Below, piece by piece: positions 1 through 13,139 of a stretch of 64,000 nucleotides of DNA. A program made the translations under genes and the position numbers. The notes under the pieces are model-generated. The model had not been told where the DNA came from, did no database searches, and saw nothing but the letters and a program-made list of their open reading frames with translations. Source of the DNA: Ginglymostoma cirratum (Eukaryota); assembly GCA_024137785.1 (NCBI GenBank), contig JAHRHZ010000021.1, forward strand, positions 26,863,321-26,927,320, given 5' to 3'. Numbering within the stretch: the first letter of the stretch is position 1; every line of letters begins with the position of its first letter.

Positions 1-420
1 ATGAAATCTGCTGTGTAAGGATATAGCACTTTCAATGCAGCATCTGCAGCCTATAGCACCCTGCTCTTGGATGATGTTAACTGTGCTGGCAAAGACTACT
101 ACCCAGGCTGCAGCACTGACCTGCCCACAGGGAAACAAAGTGAAGTGGTGAGATCTAACACAAATTGTACCAGTAAAAGCCTTGTGGTTGAAAAATTTGT
201 TGGTTAAGAATAGACAGATCCTGCACAGACCTCCAGTGGATTCTGAGAAACAACGAGTTGCATAGGAGTGGAGCCACACATATCATCTTGAACGCCACTG
301 GAATTGGATGGCCACCCTTCCCTTCGGGTCACAGTTCTGCTCAAGCAGATGAGACAGTTCTATGACTGTGTCCTGAGACATCCTCAGTGTGTGGTGGCAA
401 TTTACCTCATATTTGGAGGA
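1..420 (-). mobile_element. Decayed PIF/Harbinger (HARBI1-like) transposase fragment, N-terminal half
   Basis: Minus-strand translation across frameshifts gives CHHTLRMSQDTVIELSHLL, PVAFK, LHSYATRCFSESTGGLC and FASTVNIIQEQGAIGC. These are colinear with the recalled Harbinger motifs RLRLSxxxVxELCxLL, PVxxK, LNFYASGSFQxxxGDL and FxxxAGFPxVxGAIDC. Confidence 0.65.
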
Positions 421-3012
421 AATGGCACTGAGGACGATAAATTCTGGGCCTTGTGAACCTCCCCTCCATCCTGAGGGGACCTTCTGCTGTGCCATCTTCA
501 CATTTGGCAGTTTGGCAGCCACTGGAGGTTCCTGATTGTCCTGGACTCACCAGCAAATTTCTTTGTCCTTAACTGCTGTGTCTTCAATACACCAAGGACA
601 CAATGATGATAATCCCTGCTGTGGCTGGATCCATTGGTCGCAGTTTTAATGAGCCTACATGGGGGAGATAAGAAACAGAACAAGTCTTTAGTAATGTCAG
701 CAGTCAGCATTTACATCACACACAAATTATAGTTTGGCATAGTCCTCCACACAGTGGAACATGGAATACACTGACAAGGAGGGCCATGGAATGCAACTAT
801 CTGGATTTTTGACACAGTGGACCTTATTTTGGTGCATGCAGCACAAGCCATGTTGCATAAATACAGTAAAAGATCGTGGTAGCCTTATGGAAACTTTGCA
901 TTCCCCGCCCCAGACAGTCACCCAAGAAAGGCAGAAATGTATATGAAAGCTTGTTGTTAAATACTTACAAAGTGAGAGGAAATAAGGTCCGTGGCCTTGC
1001 GGAGCCGATGAGAGACGGGATTGTCTTTGAGAATTGTGGTTCACTGGAGGCAATTTCAAGGTCGCCTGTGAATATTTCTGCCTTACAAAGGAGACTATGA
1101 TCAATCCATAATTAGCAATGACATGGTCAACGTTGCTTTTGGCCAGGATTTGTGTTCAACATTGTTAATCATTGCATGTTTTGCAGTGTGTTGAATTCTA
1201 CGATATGTTAAACCTGGACTGTGGAAGTGCCTGATTAATGCAATTATTGCTTGAAGGCACTCCTATCACTTACAAATCCAGCTGCATTCTCAGACAGCAA
1301 AATAATCATTGCACCTCCCAATCTGGGGTGGCGGTTGCTGGTTTTCATTTGTAATTTGGATGAGGATGAAAGGCAACACTTATTGCACTTTGCACAGTAA
1401 AACACAGGCTCAATTTGCTAACCCAAGGGAGACCATCACCAAATTTACATGTTCTTTTTTGCTTTGCACTCCGTGTTGAACTCATCAATTCTGAGCTTCC
1501 TCACATTCCCATCCAAAACCTTTTCAGTCTTTACCTCCCAATATGTCCCCCGAGCCCAAGGCTAACTATCATGATACACTTTTCCCCGATCAAAGCCAGT
1601 GTGGTGGTGACCACTAATCAACAACCTCAGTAATCCATACCCTCAAATACAAGATCATGCCCTACCCTTTTATATAGTGTTGCCTTCTTTCAGAATTATT
1701 GGCCACTCCGCATCCCAGCATCTAATCCCCACAATAGAATTCCTCAACTTTCCCGGCTACAGCAGTGGCCCTGGGAAGCTACTTGGACTCCCCCTGGCAC
1801 AAGGACTGTCCATGATCCACTCTAATGAGCGACTGGAAAGACAGCCAAAATGAATGAATGACTAATCACTGTGCGGCCCCTTGACTGACTTAACCCCCAT
1901 TCCCAGGCTGGTTGCTCTGCACCTGCAGGGTTGATCGTAGCACACTCCCTAGGCTGTAATGGCATGAAACTCCTGACGCTGACTGCCACAAGCAGTCAAA
2001 TGAGATCAGAAGCTGCCCTTGACAGACTGGCAACTGGCCCCTCAACTTGGATGAATACTACTCTCTGTAGACTTTTAGATGTAGCCATATGGTCAAAGTA
2101 GACAATGTAAGCTGCTGGCACATGCTGTAGGTGTGAGATTGACGCAGCAAGTGTCATTCAGCAGCATGTTGAGCCCCTTGACTAATCACTGCTGCTCATC
2201 AAGTGCTGGCCTTTGTATCTGTGCTAAAAAGCAAGACAAAGCAGAGATACTGTGAACATCCATATAGGTGCACAGTGGGTGAGCACTAAAAGTACAAGTT
2301 AAGAGCTCTGAGATGCATCCTGCTCCAATTCATTAGACGGGTGCCATCTCTGCACACAAAATGGTCTGGAGGCAGCAAGGTGACAGTGGGCTCCAAATTA
2401 CGGTGGTCAAGCGATTGCCTGTATTCTAAGATGGAGACAAACTGTGATTATGTGGTAGCAATGATGCTTTTCAAACGCCAGGCTCTGTGGATCAAGGAGG
2501 CAGGCAATCACTGCCCATTCAGTTGGCCAAGATGGAGGCCAGGACAGCAAGCAGCAGGCTGGAGCTGCCAGGTACCTGCTTAGACTTGACTGTCAGGAAT
2601 TATTACTGTTTTGTTTCTCTATATCGCATGTGAAAACAACAAACTGCATATGTATGAGGCAAGAACAGGTAACTATAACATGTAAATACATGCAAACACG
2701 CCTCTCACAACTGACTAGTAAGATTCTGGTCTTGCCATTAAAACCGGACATTTTCTTCTCAACATCCAGAATTTCATTCTTCCAATCCCGTCATATTTTT
2801 CCAAATGACTCGTTGTCACCCATTTCATTCAAGGGTTGGAAAAATTCCACCCAATTAATCTGTTGGTATTGTTATGTTCATTGGTATCAAAGATTAATAA
2901 CAGTGGTTTCAAATGGTAAAGTAGTCCTGTACACAACTTCAGGAATATCTCCAATGGTTTTGTTGTTTTAACAGCATTTGGTATAAGGAAGCTCTCATTT
3001 CCACACAAATGT

Positions 3013-3070
3013 TTATTTCACTCGACAGCCTAAAGCTTCTGAGTCAGGCAACTGTGCCAAATGGGCTCGA
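3013..3070 (-). CDS. Candidate terminal exon of an unidentified minus-strand gene
   Basis: Strong acceptor attcattttgttttttgcag ending at 3071. Possible readings are xEPIWHSCLTQKL* (phase 1), RAHLAQLPDSEALGCRVK* (phase 2) or SSPFGTVA* (phase 0). AATAAA lies at about 3012-3017. Protein not recognised. Confidence 0.35.
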
Positions 3071-3372
3071 CTGCAAAAAACAAAATGAATAATTCCAATC
3101 CCGAATACTCTATGACTACAGAAATCATTTATGAAAAATTGTCAGGAAAATTATATCCAGTTTTGTGCAAACTTGGTAAAGTAAAAGCCTAGTTATACAA
3201 GAAAATGTTTAACTATGTTTTGAAATCAAACCAAAAAGCCACTGTTCTCTTTTTACAAATTCCATTGGTTACTTTGGAAACTTACAAAATAACAAATAAA
3301 GGCTGAGTTTTCCGACATATTCTCAAAACAGTAAACAATCAGAACACAGAAAGTATCCTGAATGCAGCCCAC

Positions 3373-3402
3373 CTATCACTTTGGAAATAGTACTTTCTCT
3401 AC
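3373..3402 (-). CDS. Candidate 30-nt micro-exon
   Basis: tgttttccctatttgcag|GTAGAGAAAGTACTATTTCCAAAGTGATAG|gtggg. Open in phase 1 (xRESTISKVI) and in frame with the phase-1 reading of the 3070 exon. Confidence 0.3.
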
Positions 3403-4309
3403 CTGCAAATAGGGAAAACACAAGAATAGCATTTCACCCCTGCAGCAGACATTACTCATCTCGCCCAACCTGTACTGCATAAACGCATACATAAGGACTC
3501 ATTTTAGATTTCAATTTTAGTACTTTGATGAAGAAAGTAACAAAAAAATCAATCATACAGATGAGAACAACAAACTTTTAATTGTTCTACATGAAGCTGG
3601 CACGGAAAATGATTTCTTCCTCATTCATTTTTATCTACATACAAGTAAACATCACCGCAGCACTACAACAATGGAAAGGCAGATCAACAATTTAAAGTTC
3701 AAAATAACTACAAGCTTTAAAAACACCACAGAGATTTACAGTACACAGATCATAGACATCCAATTTCTGTTCCTTCTCGTTGCTGGAGAAAAGTAAATAC
3801 AAATCCGTAACCGTGCACTCTCCTCATAGTTCTGTATATTTCTCTATTCTAAATATTTATCTACTTTTCCCTTTAAGATTTCTCAATCCTTCACTTTGGA
3901 AAAGTCTTTTTCTCCCCACTTGCTTAATGACCAGTTTGCTTGTTTTATTCTTTCATAGGAATGTGAACATTGTGGGAGCAGCCAGATTTATAATTCATTC
4001 CTAACTCTCATTGAAAAGGTGAGGGTGAGCCATGTAGGTATAGCTGAAGTGTTGTTAGGAATGTTAGATGACTATCGCTGATCAATACAGTAATAGCAAA
4101 AAGTGTTTCAGTATTCAGCAATGGATCATGAGATCAGGTCTGTTTTTGGTGAAATTTCTATTTGTATATTATCAGAGAAAGAAAATGTGACATTAGAAAA
4201 TGTGGTACTATAATACTGGTATGTATGTTTATCAAATTTTGTGAAGACTGATATTTCACTTCATTACACTCCCAGTTTCAAAAGATCACAAAGTGGTTCA
4301 TGGACCAAT

Positions 4310-4590
4310 TACTATTTATATCGTCTTTAATGCTACAAAAAGTCCAAGTTGCTTTACAGAGCATTTAATAACAAACTATGACAGCAAATCACCTAACAAG
4401 ATGTAAGAGAAGATGGTCAAAGAGGTAGGATTGTAATCACTGTGGAGAAAAAAAGTGGTTGACAGGTTTAGGGAAAGCATTCCAGAGCTCAAAGCCAGGC
4501 AGCTAAAGGCAAAACCACCAATGAAGGAGATGGTTTAAAATGCTCAAGAAGCCAGAAATAGAAGAGCACAGACATCTCGGAAAGTCTGTA
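4310..4590 (-). mobile_element. L2-type LINE 3' fragment (decayed)
   Basis: Motifs ggtcaaagaggtagg, agggaaagcattccagagc, aggcagctaaaggc and atgctcaagaagccagaa are shared with the copy near 31.6 kb. Confidence 0.55.
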
Positions 4591-4635
4591 GGATTTCATG
4601 AAATTTGTGTTTCTTTCAACTTCTATTCAAGCTTA

Positions 4636-4855
4636 AAGGGGTTGGTTAGCTCAGTTGGTTGGATGGCTGGTCAGAGTCAAACCAACAACGTGGGTTCAAT
4701 TCCCACACTGGCTGAGGCTACCATGAAGATTCTGCCTTCTCAACCCGAGTCATTGCCTGAGGCATAGTGACCCTCAGGTTAAACTCACTACCATTCATTT
4801 CTCTCTAATGAAGGAGCAGTAGCCCCATAGTTCACTGGGCCTATGGCAACTTTAT
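4636..4855 (+). mobile_element. tRNA-derived SINE (family 1)
   Basis: A-box-like tagctcagttgg and B-box-like gggttcaattccc. The body tgaccctcaggttaaac...ctctctaatga is shared with the copy at 37.2 kb. Confidence 0.75.
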
Positions 4856-7329
4856 TCAAGATAGGAATGTCAGATAGATTCCATGGAATAAGCAACGTAA
4901 AATTGTGCTATTTCCTGACCAAATTCATTTTCAAATGGCGAGCTCCTTCTGTGAATTCATGCCCAGCATTTTGACACTCAATGCACAGAAACAAGTCACA
5001 TAATTGTGCAGCTTCCAGTATCTGACTATATCTGGTGATCCAAATCTACATGGCACCCAAAATAAATATGGAGAAGCATTTAATGAAATATATTAATACT
5101 TGACATCATCCATATAATCTACACAGTTTCATCATGACTTAAAAACACTATCACAAGGAAAAGTGTACTCCTGCGGTATCATAAGAGCAAAGATGTTTTC
5201 AATCCAGGAAACAATATTAATAAGAATTATTAAAAATCATGTGGTAAAGATTCTGGCTGGAGCCAAAATAAACTGAATATAAATGGGACAGGGTTTTCAC
5301 ACACATCACGAAACACTGCCTGGTATATGTTACAATTTCAGACATTTTTTAAGAAGCAGAGTTAAAATGCTGCTTTGAAATAGTAACCCTTAAAGCCTAC
5401 GTATCACATAGGTCATGCATTGAATAAATAAAATAAAAACAAGAGAGTGTAAAATGTTCAAAAAGAACATCTGTCCTCAAGTGACCTGTACACTTCAAAC
5501 CTTGCTGAAAAGATAGGATCGGAATAAGGTACATGTGTTGTGTTTGTAGAGGATAAGTGATACTGCACTTGAAGTGTCATGTAAGTTCAGCTTTTATTTC
5601 ACAACTTCCAGAAGTTGGTCAACAGGGGAATCGAAACCCAAAGACTTCATAATGAAGAAATGAAAGTTTGTAAAAGTCTGTAAAAGAAAATATTTACTTA
5701 GAGTACAACCATTATAGGTTATCTTTGTTCGCTCCCTGCATGCTTCTGTATTATGTGTGAACAGCCAACATTGACCTAATATTGATTTTCAAATATAACC
5801 TGCTTTTAACTACAATCTTAAAACAAAAATTTTTCAGCATGTCTGCACTGTAGCTCTATCATTTATGTAATAGCATTACTTTAGCAGCAGTAAAACAATA
5901 TTGAAATAAAGCCATAAAAATGGAAGAAAATTATTACCATGCTGATTGTCAAATAGATCTAATTTTGAATCACACTAGTGACTGATAATTAACAACTTCA
6001 TATCTTTAAGAGTGCCAAATCTGTTCACTTTTACTGGGCGTGTGAAAAACAAAGATTGAACTGGTTAAATAAGGATGCCTTTCAATAAGTTCATTCACTA
6101 CTGTAGCGACCAGAGTTGATTGTAACCCTGGAGATGTTCATGTTTGAATTATCCAGGGAGTGAAAAGAAAAGAACCAACTTACAAGAATGAGAAAACAAT
6201 ACAATAAGTACTGAGCAAGAAACAGAGCTCATTTATGCCCATTGTAGGTGCACTTAGAGTTCAAAATTTGTATCTACATACATTCATCCTGTTGGAGGAC
6301 AGATTGTGATATTGTATTGTGACACCCTGCAAGTCCCTTTGTACACTGTTATCCACAGCCACAATATCTGTGCTGGCATGTTAGCATCGTGATCTTCAAT
6401 TATAGCACATGAGTGTGTGTCGTTTGTGTTGTAATGGAAGCTGTGGCGTTGTTCCTCCAATAGGTGCTCCTCGAATAGAGTGGCTCCATTCAGCACAAAC
6501 CTGTTGTCACCTCTTGGAAGACCGCATTTGTCCTCCACCATCATGTTGCAACCACTGGCTGACCATAACATCAGAGCTCTAAGACCACGAAAGGGTAGGG
6601 GAAATGAGGCATTAAATTAATGCACACGGTTGATTTGTTGATTTTCGTATGCAATATGACATGGATTGTATTTGTAAAGTTGGCTGAGAATATTTATTTT
6701 GTTGTGGCTTTCATATTTGTACTTTGGTCAAATGGATGTGTGAGATCAGTAACGAGGAAGGTAACGTCATACAACGTGGTTAGTTTAAGTGTGTAAATGG
6801 AATTGATCTCCTCTTCCATACAGGAAAGCAAGGCCTGCAAGCTGTATGCAAAGCCCCATGATGAGTTGGTGCTGGCATGCTCCATAGTCCTGAGCAATGA
6901 CTGGGGGCTTTCTGGTAGCCTGCCAAATTCAACAACATTCCAGTCCATTTTAGTCCTCACCTGAACCCACTCATATTTATGAGAGACCATGACATCCATT
7001 TTATCTATGCTATCCATGTACCTGCCCTGGTTGTAGTCCACTCGCGCTCACTATTTAATGATGTATAGATCCCGCCAGTATAATATTCTTACACTGTGCA
7101 CCCGAGATGGAGACCAAATGTGAAGCTGAATGACAATGTGTCTACATCATCACTGGTTTCTTGTTGTTCTTTCACTAGCCGTCCATATTGCATTTTTAGG
7201 GTAACTAAATGGAACTTTGATATCGGAGCAGTCACTCTAACCTCATCTCAGCACCCGAGCTCTTTCTTCCATGTTTGGGCTAATACTGGAACCATGGGAG
7301 GAAACTGAGATGGATTACTCACTTAGCAT

Positions 7330-8400
7330 TTCTAGCTCAAGACGGTTGAAAATGCCTCCGCCTTCTCATTTGCACTCACGTGCTGGACTGCCCCCTCATT
7401 GAAATGGGGGATATTTATGGAGCTGTTCCTCTAGTTTTGTTCAACTGTCCTCCGTGATTTACAAGTAGATTTGGCAGCACTGCAGAGGTTAGATTTAATC
7501 CATCCATTTGAAATCATTTGTATGAATTTATCACGTTCTGCTCCTGCTGATTTAGCATACTGTAGTTTAACCAGCTTGACACCTCTTAGACACGCCTGGG
7601 CTGCTCTTGACATGTCCTCTTTTCATAGAATGAGGGTTGATCTTTGACTAAATGGCAACATTGAGGGAAGCGGTCACTCGTCAGTGTTTACTACTGTCTT
7701 TCAGGTAGGAAATCTACCATCCTAACCTCATGGGTCCTACATGTGATGCCAAATCAAAAGTAATTTGGTTGACTCTTAACTGCCCTCTGGGAAATTAGGA
7801 GTAGGTGATAAATTCTGGTCTAGCTGGTAAAAACCTACATCCCACAAATGAGTAAGATAAAAATAAGTTTTCCCTTCTTTTTGGCTCCCTCACCACACGT
7901 CACAGATCAAGTTTTGCAGCTATGTCATGTGCGACTCAGCTGAGCAGTGGTACTTCAGAGTCACTGTTGTTAATGGACACTCAAGTCCTTTACCCAGAGT
8001 ATGTGCTGTAACTTTGCCACCATTAGTGCTTCTTTCAAATGGCGTTAAACTTGAAGGACTATTGATTCATTTATTGAGAGGGAGCAGTAGGCAGTTATCA
8101 GCAGGTGGTTTCCTTGTCCATGCATAACCTGATACCATGAGACTTCATGGGACCTGCAGTCAATGTTGAGTACTGCCACGACAACTCTTTCCTGACTGTA
8201 CACCCTGTGCTACTGTGTTTGTTAGGTCTATCCTGCCAGTGCGATAAGTCATGTATAGAAATGATGACGATGGTGTCTGGGATCGTGTTGCACAATTCTG
8301 AGAGTATGACTACAGCACCCATTCTTGACTAGTCTGAGGGAACAGCTCTCCCAATTTTGCACAAGACCCAAGATGTTGGTATGGGGGCTCCACAGGATTG
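7330..8400 (-). mobile_element. Non-LTR retrotransposon ORF2 fragments (APE endonuclease region), interrupted by a SINE fragment at about 7670-7860
   Basis: ORF 8098-8322 (VILSE..IPDTIVII..HDLSHWQDRP) resembles the APE motif IVILTE..PGYxLxHRxDR. Confidence 0.65.
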
Positions 8401-8989
8401 ATAGGGTTATGGCACTTGTGAGCAGGAAAGGAAACTGAGAGGTTTTTACAACCAGGGTGTAGAATCTCCTCAAAAACATGCAGAATTCAAACTGAGATGC
8501 AGCTTTAAATGACATACAGAACATGAAACAGGGATTAGATATTTCCAGTGGGATTAATGGACAGAAGCAAAGAGATAAACAGAAGTAGTATAAAAATTAG
8601 AAACCCAAGATTAATTTTTTCAGCAAGAAATAAAACCACGCTGCTAAGTTAACTTTTCAGGATCGGAGAGGCTACTTAGACTAATTACTACTTCACATTT
8701 TGTTAAAAGAAACTCACTAATTACAAAAACAATAGCACCATTTTTTCAGCTTTCTGTTGTATGGAACCAGTACGCGTACATAGCAAGTTGACGTTATTGA
8801 TATTATTTCAATGTCAAATCTGTTTACAAGTGCTGCAAAAATGAATCTTATGCAGCAGTAGAGTCTTTCTGATAACAACTTTGATGTTTGCTTATTTAAC
8901 TCCTTACGTTTGCACTTCAGAAATTGCCAGATTTATACCATAGTAACACCGATCACAGAGAGCCTCACTGGTTTTTGTTTATTTTTAAG

Positions 8990-10005
8990 TTCTTTCATGG
9001 GAGGTTGGAATCACCTGCGGGGCCAGCATTTATTGCCCATCCCTAATTTCCTTGGTGACAGCAGTGATGAACTTCTTTCTTGAATCATTGCAACCTTAAG
9101 ACATATAGGGACACCCACAGTGCCAATAGGAAATGAGTTCAAGATTTTGAATCAGTGGGAGTGCAATAAGAGTGACCTAGTTCCAAGTCAGGCTGGAGTT
9201 AACTTGAAGGAGAACCTGTATGTGGTGGTGTTACCATGCAGTTGATGCCTTTGACTTGCTGGATGATTGAGGTAATAGGTTTGGAAGGTGGTACTGAGGA
9301 AGCCTTAGTGGGTTGCTGTCACTGTGCATGGGAGATGGGGAAACTTGTGAATGCTGAAGATGGTAACTGGGATGCCAATGAAGTGGGTCGCATTGTCCTG
9401 GATTGTGCAAAACTTCCTGATGCTGTTGGTGCTGTAATCACCCACACAAACAGAGAAAATTCCATCCAATTCCTGAGTTTTGCCTTGTAGATGATGGACT
9501 GGCTTTGAGGGGGAAAATCAGGAGGTGACTTTCTCATTCCAGAATTCGGAGCATCAGTAGCCGCAGTATTTATATGGCTGGTCCAGTTCCATTCAATGGT
9601 ATCCCAAAAAAACTAATTGTGATGGATTCAGTAACAGTAATGTCACTGAACTTCAAGGAATAACAGTTAGATCCTCTTTTGCCGGAGATATCCATTGCCT
9701 GGCACTTGAAGCCCGAGTGCTCCTTGCCACTCATCAGCCTAGGACAATATGTTGTCCTGCTCTTCCTCCCTTTGGATTTGGATAGTTTCAGAGTGTAAGG
9801 GATCAAGAATGGTGCTCAACATTATGCAATTATCAGTGAACATCCTCAAATCTGACCTTAGATATTTGTCAATGACCTATACAGGAATGTGATAGCACAC
9901 CTCTGGAGCAGGTGGGACTTGAACCCAGGCCTCTAGGTCCAAAGGTATGGACACTACTTCTGCACCACAAGAGCCCAAACTTCTGACCTTATAGTGGAGG
10001 GATGA
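8990..10005 (-). mobile_element. Non-LTR retrotransposon (L2/CR1-group) RT C-terminus and 3' end
   Basis: ORF 9319-9537 (PQSQSIIYKAKLRNWMEFSLFVW) matches the LxxIYKAxVRxxMEYxxxxW motif. The 3' tail reads gccagcatttattgcccatccctaatt on the plus strand. Confidence 0.75.
9861..9981 (-). mobile_element. Short tRNA-derived SINE (family 2) nested in the LINE
   Basis: Reverse complement reads gggctcttgtggtgcag...gggttcaagtcccacctgctccagaggtgtg. Flanked by the direct repeat tctgacctta (9851-9860 and 9982-9991). Confidence 0.8.
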
Positions 10006-10014
10006 TCATACAGT

Positions 10015-11365
10015 CAGAGAGTCATAGAGTCATAGAGCACGGAAACAGACCCTTTGGTCCAACCAGTCCATGTTGAACATAATCCCAAACTAAACTAGGC
10101 CCACCTGCCTGCTCCTGGCCCATATCCTCCAAACGTTTCCTATTCATGTATTTATCCAAAAATCTTTTAAATCTACCACTTCCTCAAGAAGTTCATTCCA
10201 CACTCGAACCACACTCTGTGTAAAAAATGTGCCTCTCATGTCTTTTTAAATCTCTCTTCTCTCACCTTAAAAATATGTTCCCTAGTCTTGAAATCCTCCA
10301 AACTAGGGGAAAAAAAACTATCATTAGCTCGATCTATACCACTCATTATTTTAAAAACTTCTATCAGGTGACCTCTCAGCCTCCTGTATTCCAGTGAAAA
10401 AAGTCCCAGCTTATCCAGCCTTTCTTTATAATTCAAACCTTCCATGCCTGGCAACATCCTGGTAAGTCTCTTCTGAACCCTCTCCAGCTTGATAATATCC
10501 TTCCTATAAACTGGGCAACCAGAACAGAATACAGTATTCTAGAAGAGGCCTCACCAATGTCCTGTACAACTTCAACATGACTTCCCAACTTCAATAGTCA
10601 AAGGACTAAGCAATAAAGGCAAGCGTGCCAAACACCTTTTGAGTCATCCTGTCTATTTGTGATGCAAGCTTCAAAGAATTATGTACCGGCACCCCTAGGT
10701 CCCTCTGTCCTATAACACTACCCAAAGCTCTACCATTAATTGTATAAGCCCTACCCTTTTTTGTTGTACCAAAATGCAATACCTCACACTTATCCAGATT
10801 GATCTCCATCTGCTATTTTTCTGCCCATTGATTCATTTGATCAAGATCCCTTTGTAACCTTAAAAAAAAACTTTCTTCACTGTCTACAATGCCACCAATT
10901 TTGGTGTCATCCACAAACTTACTAACCATGCCTTCTATATTCTCATCCAAATCATTTATGTAAATGACAAAAAGAAGATCAGAACTTTTCCCAGTGGAAC
11001 ACCGCTGGTGACAGGCCTCCCACCTGAAAAGCAACCCTCCACCATTACTGTCTGTCTCCTGCCGTTAAGCCAATTATGTATCCAATTGGCAAGCTCACCC
11101 TGAATCCCACATGACCTAAATTTACTAATTACTAATTTTACTAATTAGTCTACCATGTGGAACCTTGTCGAAGGCTTTACTAAAATCCAAATAAGCAACG
11201 TCGACTGTTCTGCCCTCAATCTTTTTAGTAACTTCCTCAAAAAACTCAATCAAGTTTGTCAGACATGATTTTCCTCACGCAAAACCATGCTGACTATCCC
11301 TAATCAATTTTTGCCTCTCTAAATTTCCATAAATCCTACCTTTTATAATCACCTCCAACAATTTA
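10015..11365 (-). mobile_element. CR1 LINE, 5'-truncated, RT domain and 3' UTR
   Basis: ORFs give LLFVIYINDLDENIEGMVSKFVDDTKIGG, KCEVLHFG, RDLGV and YKERLDKLGLFSLEYRRLRG. An (ATGACTCT)n-type tail lies at about 10018-10037. Confidence 0.95.
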
Positions 11366-11379
11366 CCTGCAAGCCCAAG

Positions 11380-12300
11380 ACACAAGTGCTATGTATTTAT
11401 TAATTCGTGACTTAAGTAACAGATTAAGGAGCCATTTATCCCAAGTTTGCTCATGGCATAAAGATATATGCAGCAATCAGGTACATAAAGGAACACAAGG
11501 TTACTGAGAAACTGATAGATTAAATGAGTAGCTAAAATCATCAAATGAATTCTAACATAGTTTGTGTGTGAGGTTGTCCTTTTTGGTCCAAAACAGGATA
11601 GCGTTTTTTTAATAAATTGTGAAATGTTATGAACAGTGGAGATTTAAAGGGTTTTAGGGTCCATGAAAACAGATCACTAAAATATAGGAGTCATGTACAA
11701 AAAATGATCACAAAGGCAAATAGCTGTAGTAGGCTGGAATATAAGGGGGAGGAAGTATTTTCTTTCCAGCTATATAAAGCCTGGTTAGACCACATCTAGA
11801 ACACTGTGTATATTTCTGAATGCCAAACCTTAGAAAGGAAATATTGGTCGCCAAAGGCATGCAATGCAGACTCAACAAAATGTTCCCACACTGCGCAGTT
11901 TTAAACGGAGGAGAGATTACAAAAGCTAGGCTCACATTCCCTGGAACACAAAATGTGAAGAGGTAATTGGATTTCAGCTTTAACAATTCTGAAAGGAACT
12001 GATAGTGGAAAAAGTTTATATTTATCTACCCTGATGGGGCCATCTAAGACACAGAGACTTAATCTTAAAATCAGAGCCTGGCCATTCCGGAGTGAAGTTA
12101 AGAAATACTTTGCTATGCAAAGAGTTGCCACAGAGTAAAGTTTTCTCCCACAATGAACATGGGTTACTAGTTCAATTGAATCAGACATTGATAAGATATT
12201 TGTCAGCTAGGATCACAGGAATATAGAATGAGGATTGGTGGATGGAGATCAGCAATGATTTTCTTGAATGGCAGCACAGGCAAGAAGCTGACTGACCTAT
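11380..12300 (+). mobile_element. CR1 LINE RT/3' fragment, older
   Basis: tataaagcctggttagaccacatctagaacactgtgta translates to YKxLVRPHLEHCV with a frameshift; ccaagtttgct gives SKFA-like sequence. Confidence 0.8.
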
Positions 12301-12309
12301 TGCAGTTCT

Positions 12310-12705
12310 CAGCCCCCTCCTTTTTTCTCCTTTCTTGCTCCAACACCACACCACTGACCTCTACGTCTTATTCTCCCTGCCCTCTTTCCTTTTACTTCTT
12401 AATTCTCCACTCATTCTTTTGTTGTTTTATCCCCTTTCTCATTTTCCATCACTGGATCTTCCTTCAAATCCATGTCACTCCTATTCAGTCCTCCTTCCTC
12501 CATTCCATCCACCTCTCCCTTTCCTCATTCCTCTAGTCACTCTCACTACTCCTTTCCTTCTTCATCTTCCTTTGTTTTGTGCTTATATCCAGGACCAACA
12601 TAACTGTCTTTCCCTTATCCTGCTTCCCATTACCACTCCTCTCTCCCCCTTTCTCTCATGTTTCCATCTCTCCTCTCTTTACCTCTCACTTTATTCCCCA
12701 TTCTC
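12310..12705. repeat. Pyrimidine-rich (CT) low-complexity tract
   Basis: About 400 bp strongly depleted of G on the plus strand. Confidence 0.75.
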
Positions 12706-12995
12706 ATATGGAAGGGCTGAAATCTTTCTGTGGTCCCTTTGGAATTTTATTGTTTCAAAAAGTTACTGAAATTATCTTGTAAAATGCATTCAGTAGGCAA
12801 ATAAGTAAAAATGCCTTGAGGGACTAGGAGAACAAGTGGATCAGTGCCCACACTGAGATACCATTTAGAGAACTGAATTGTGCCTGTAGCATGAGCATTA
12901 GTGAAATATGGAACTCACTCTGCCATAGTACTAACTACACCTACTAAATCAGTAATGATGACTAAATCACAAACATAAGAGGCATTGTATAATGA

Positions 12996-13139
12996 GATAA
13001 TAGGTACTGCAGATGCTGGAGAATCCGAGATAACAAAGAAAATTTTCTGATGAAGGGTCTAGGCCCGAAACGTCAAGCTTTCCTGCTCCTATGATGCTGC
13101 TTGGCCTGCTGTGTTCATCCAGCCCCACACCTTGTTATC
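12996..13139. mobile_element. Short PLE-terminus-derived element with a hammerhead-like core and 16-bp target-site duplication (TSD)
   Basis: Flanked by aggcattgtataatga at 12980-12995 and 13140-13155. Sequence is shared with copies at 15.0, 20.3, 21.3 and 40.1 kb. Confidence 0.85.
13043..13078 (+). ncRNA. Minimal type I hammerhead ribozyme-like motif
   Basis: CTGATGA (13047) A GGG-tctagg-CCC GAAA CG TC. Stem I is weak (ttt/aag). Confidence 0.65.

Noticed and set aside
4636-4712. tRNA gene
   Set aside because: A and B boxes are present but no cloverleaf is evident, and the sequence continues into a SINE body. The same applies to the other SINE heads.
12228-12782. Leu/Ser/Phe/Pro-rich ORFs
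   Set aside because: By-product of a CT-rich tract that lacks stop codons.
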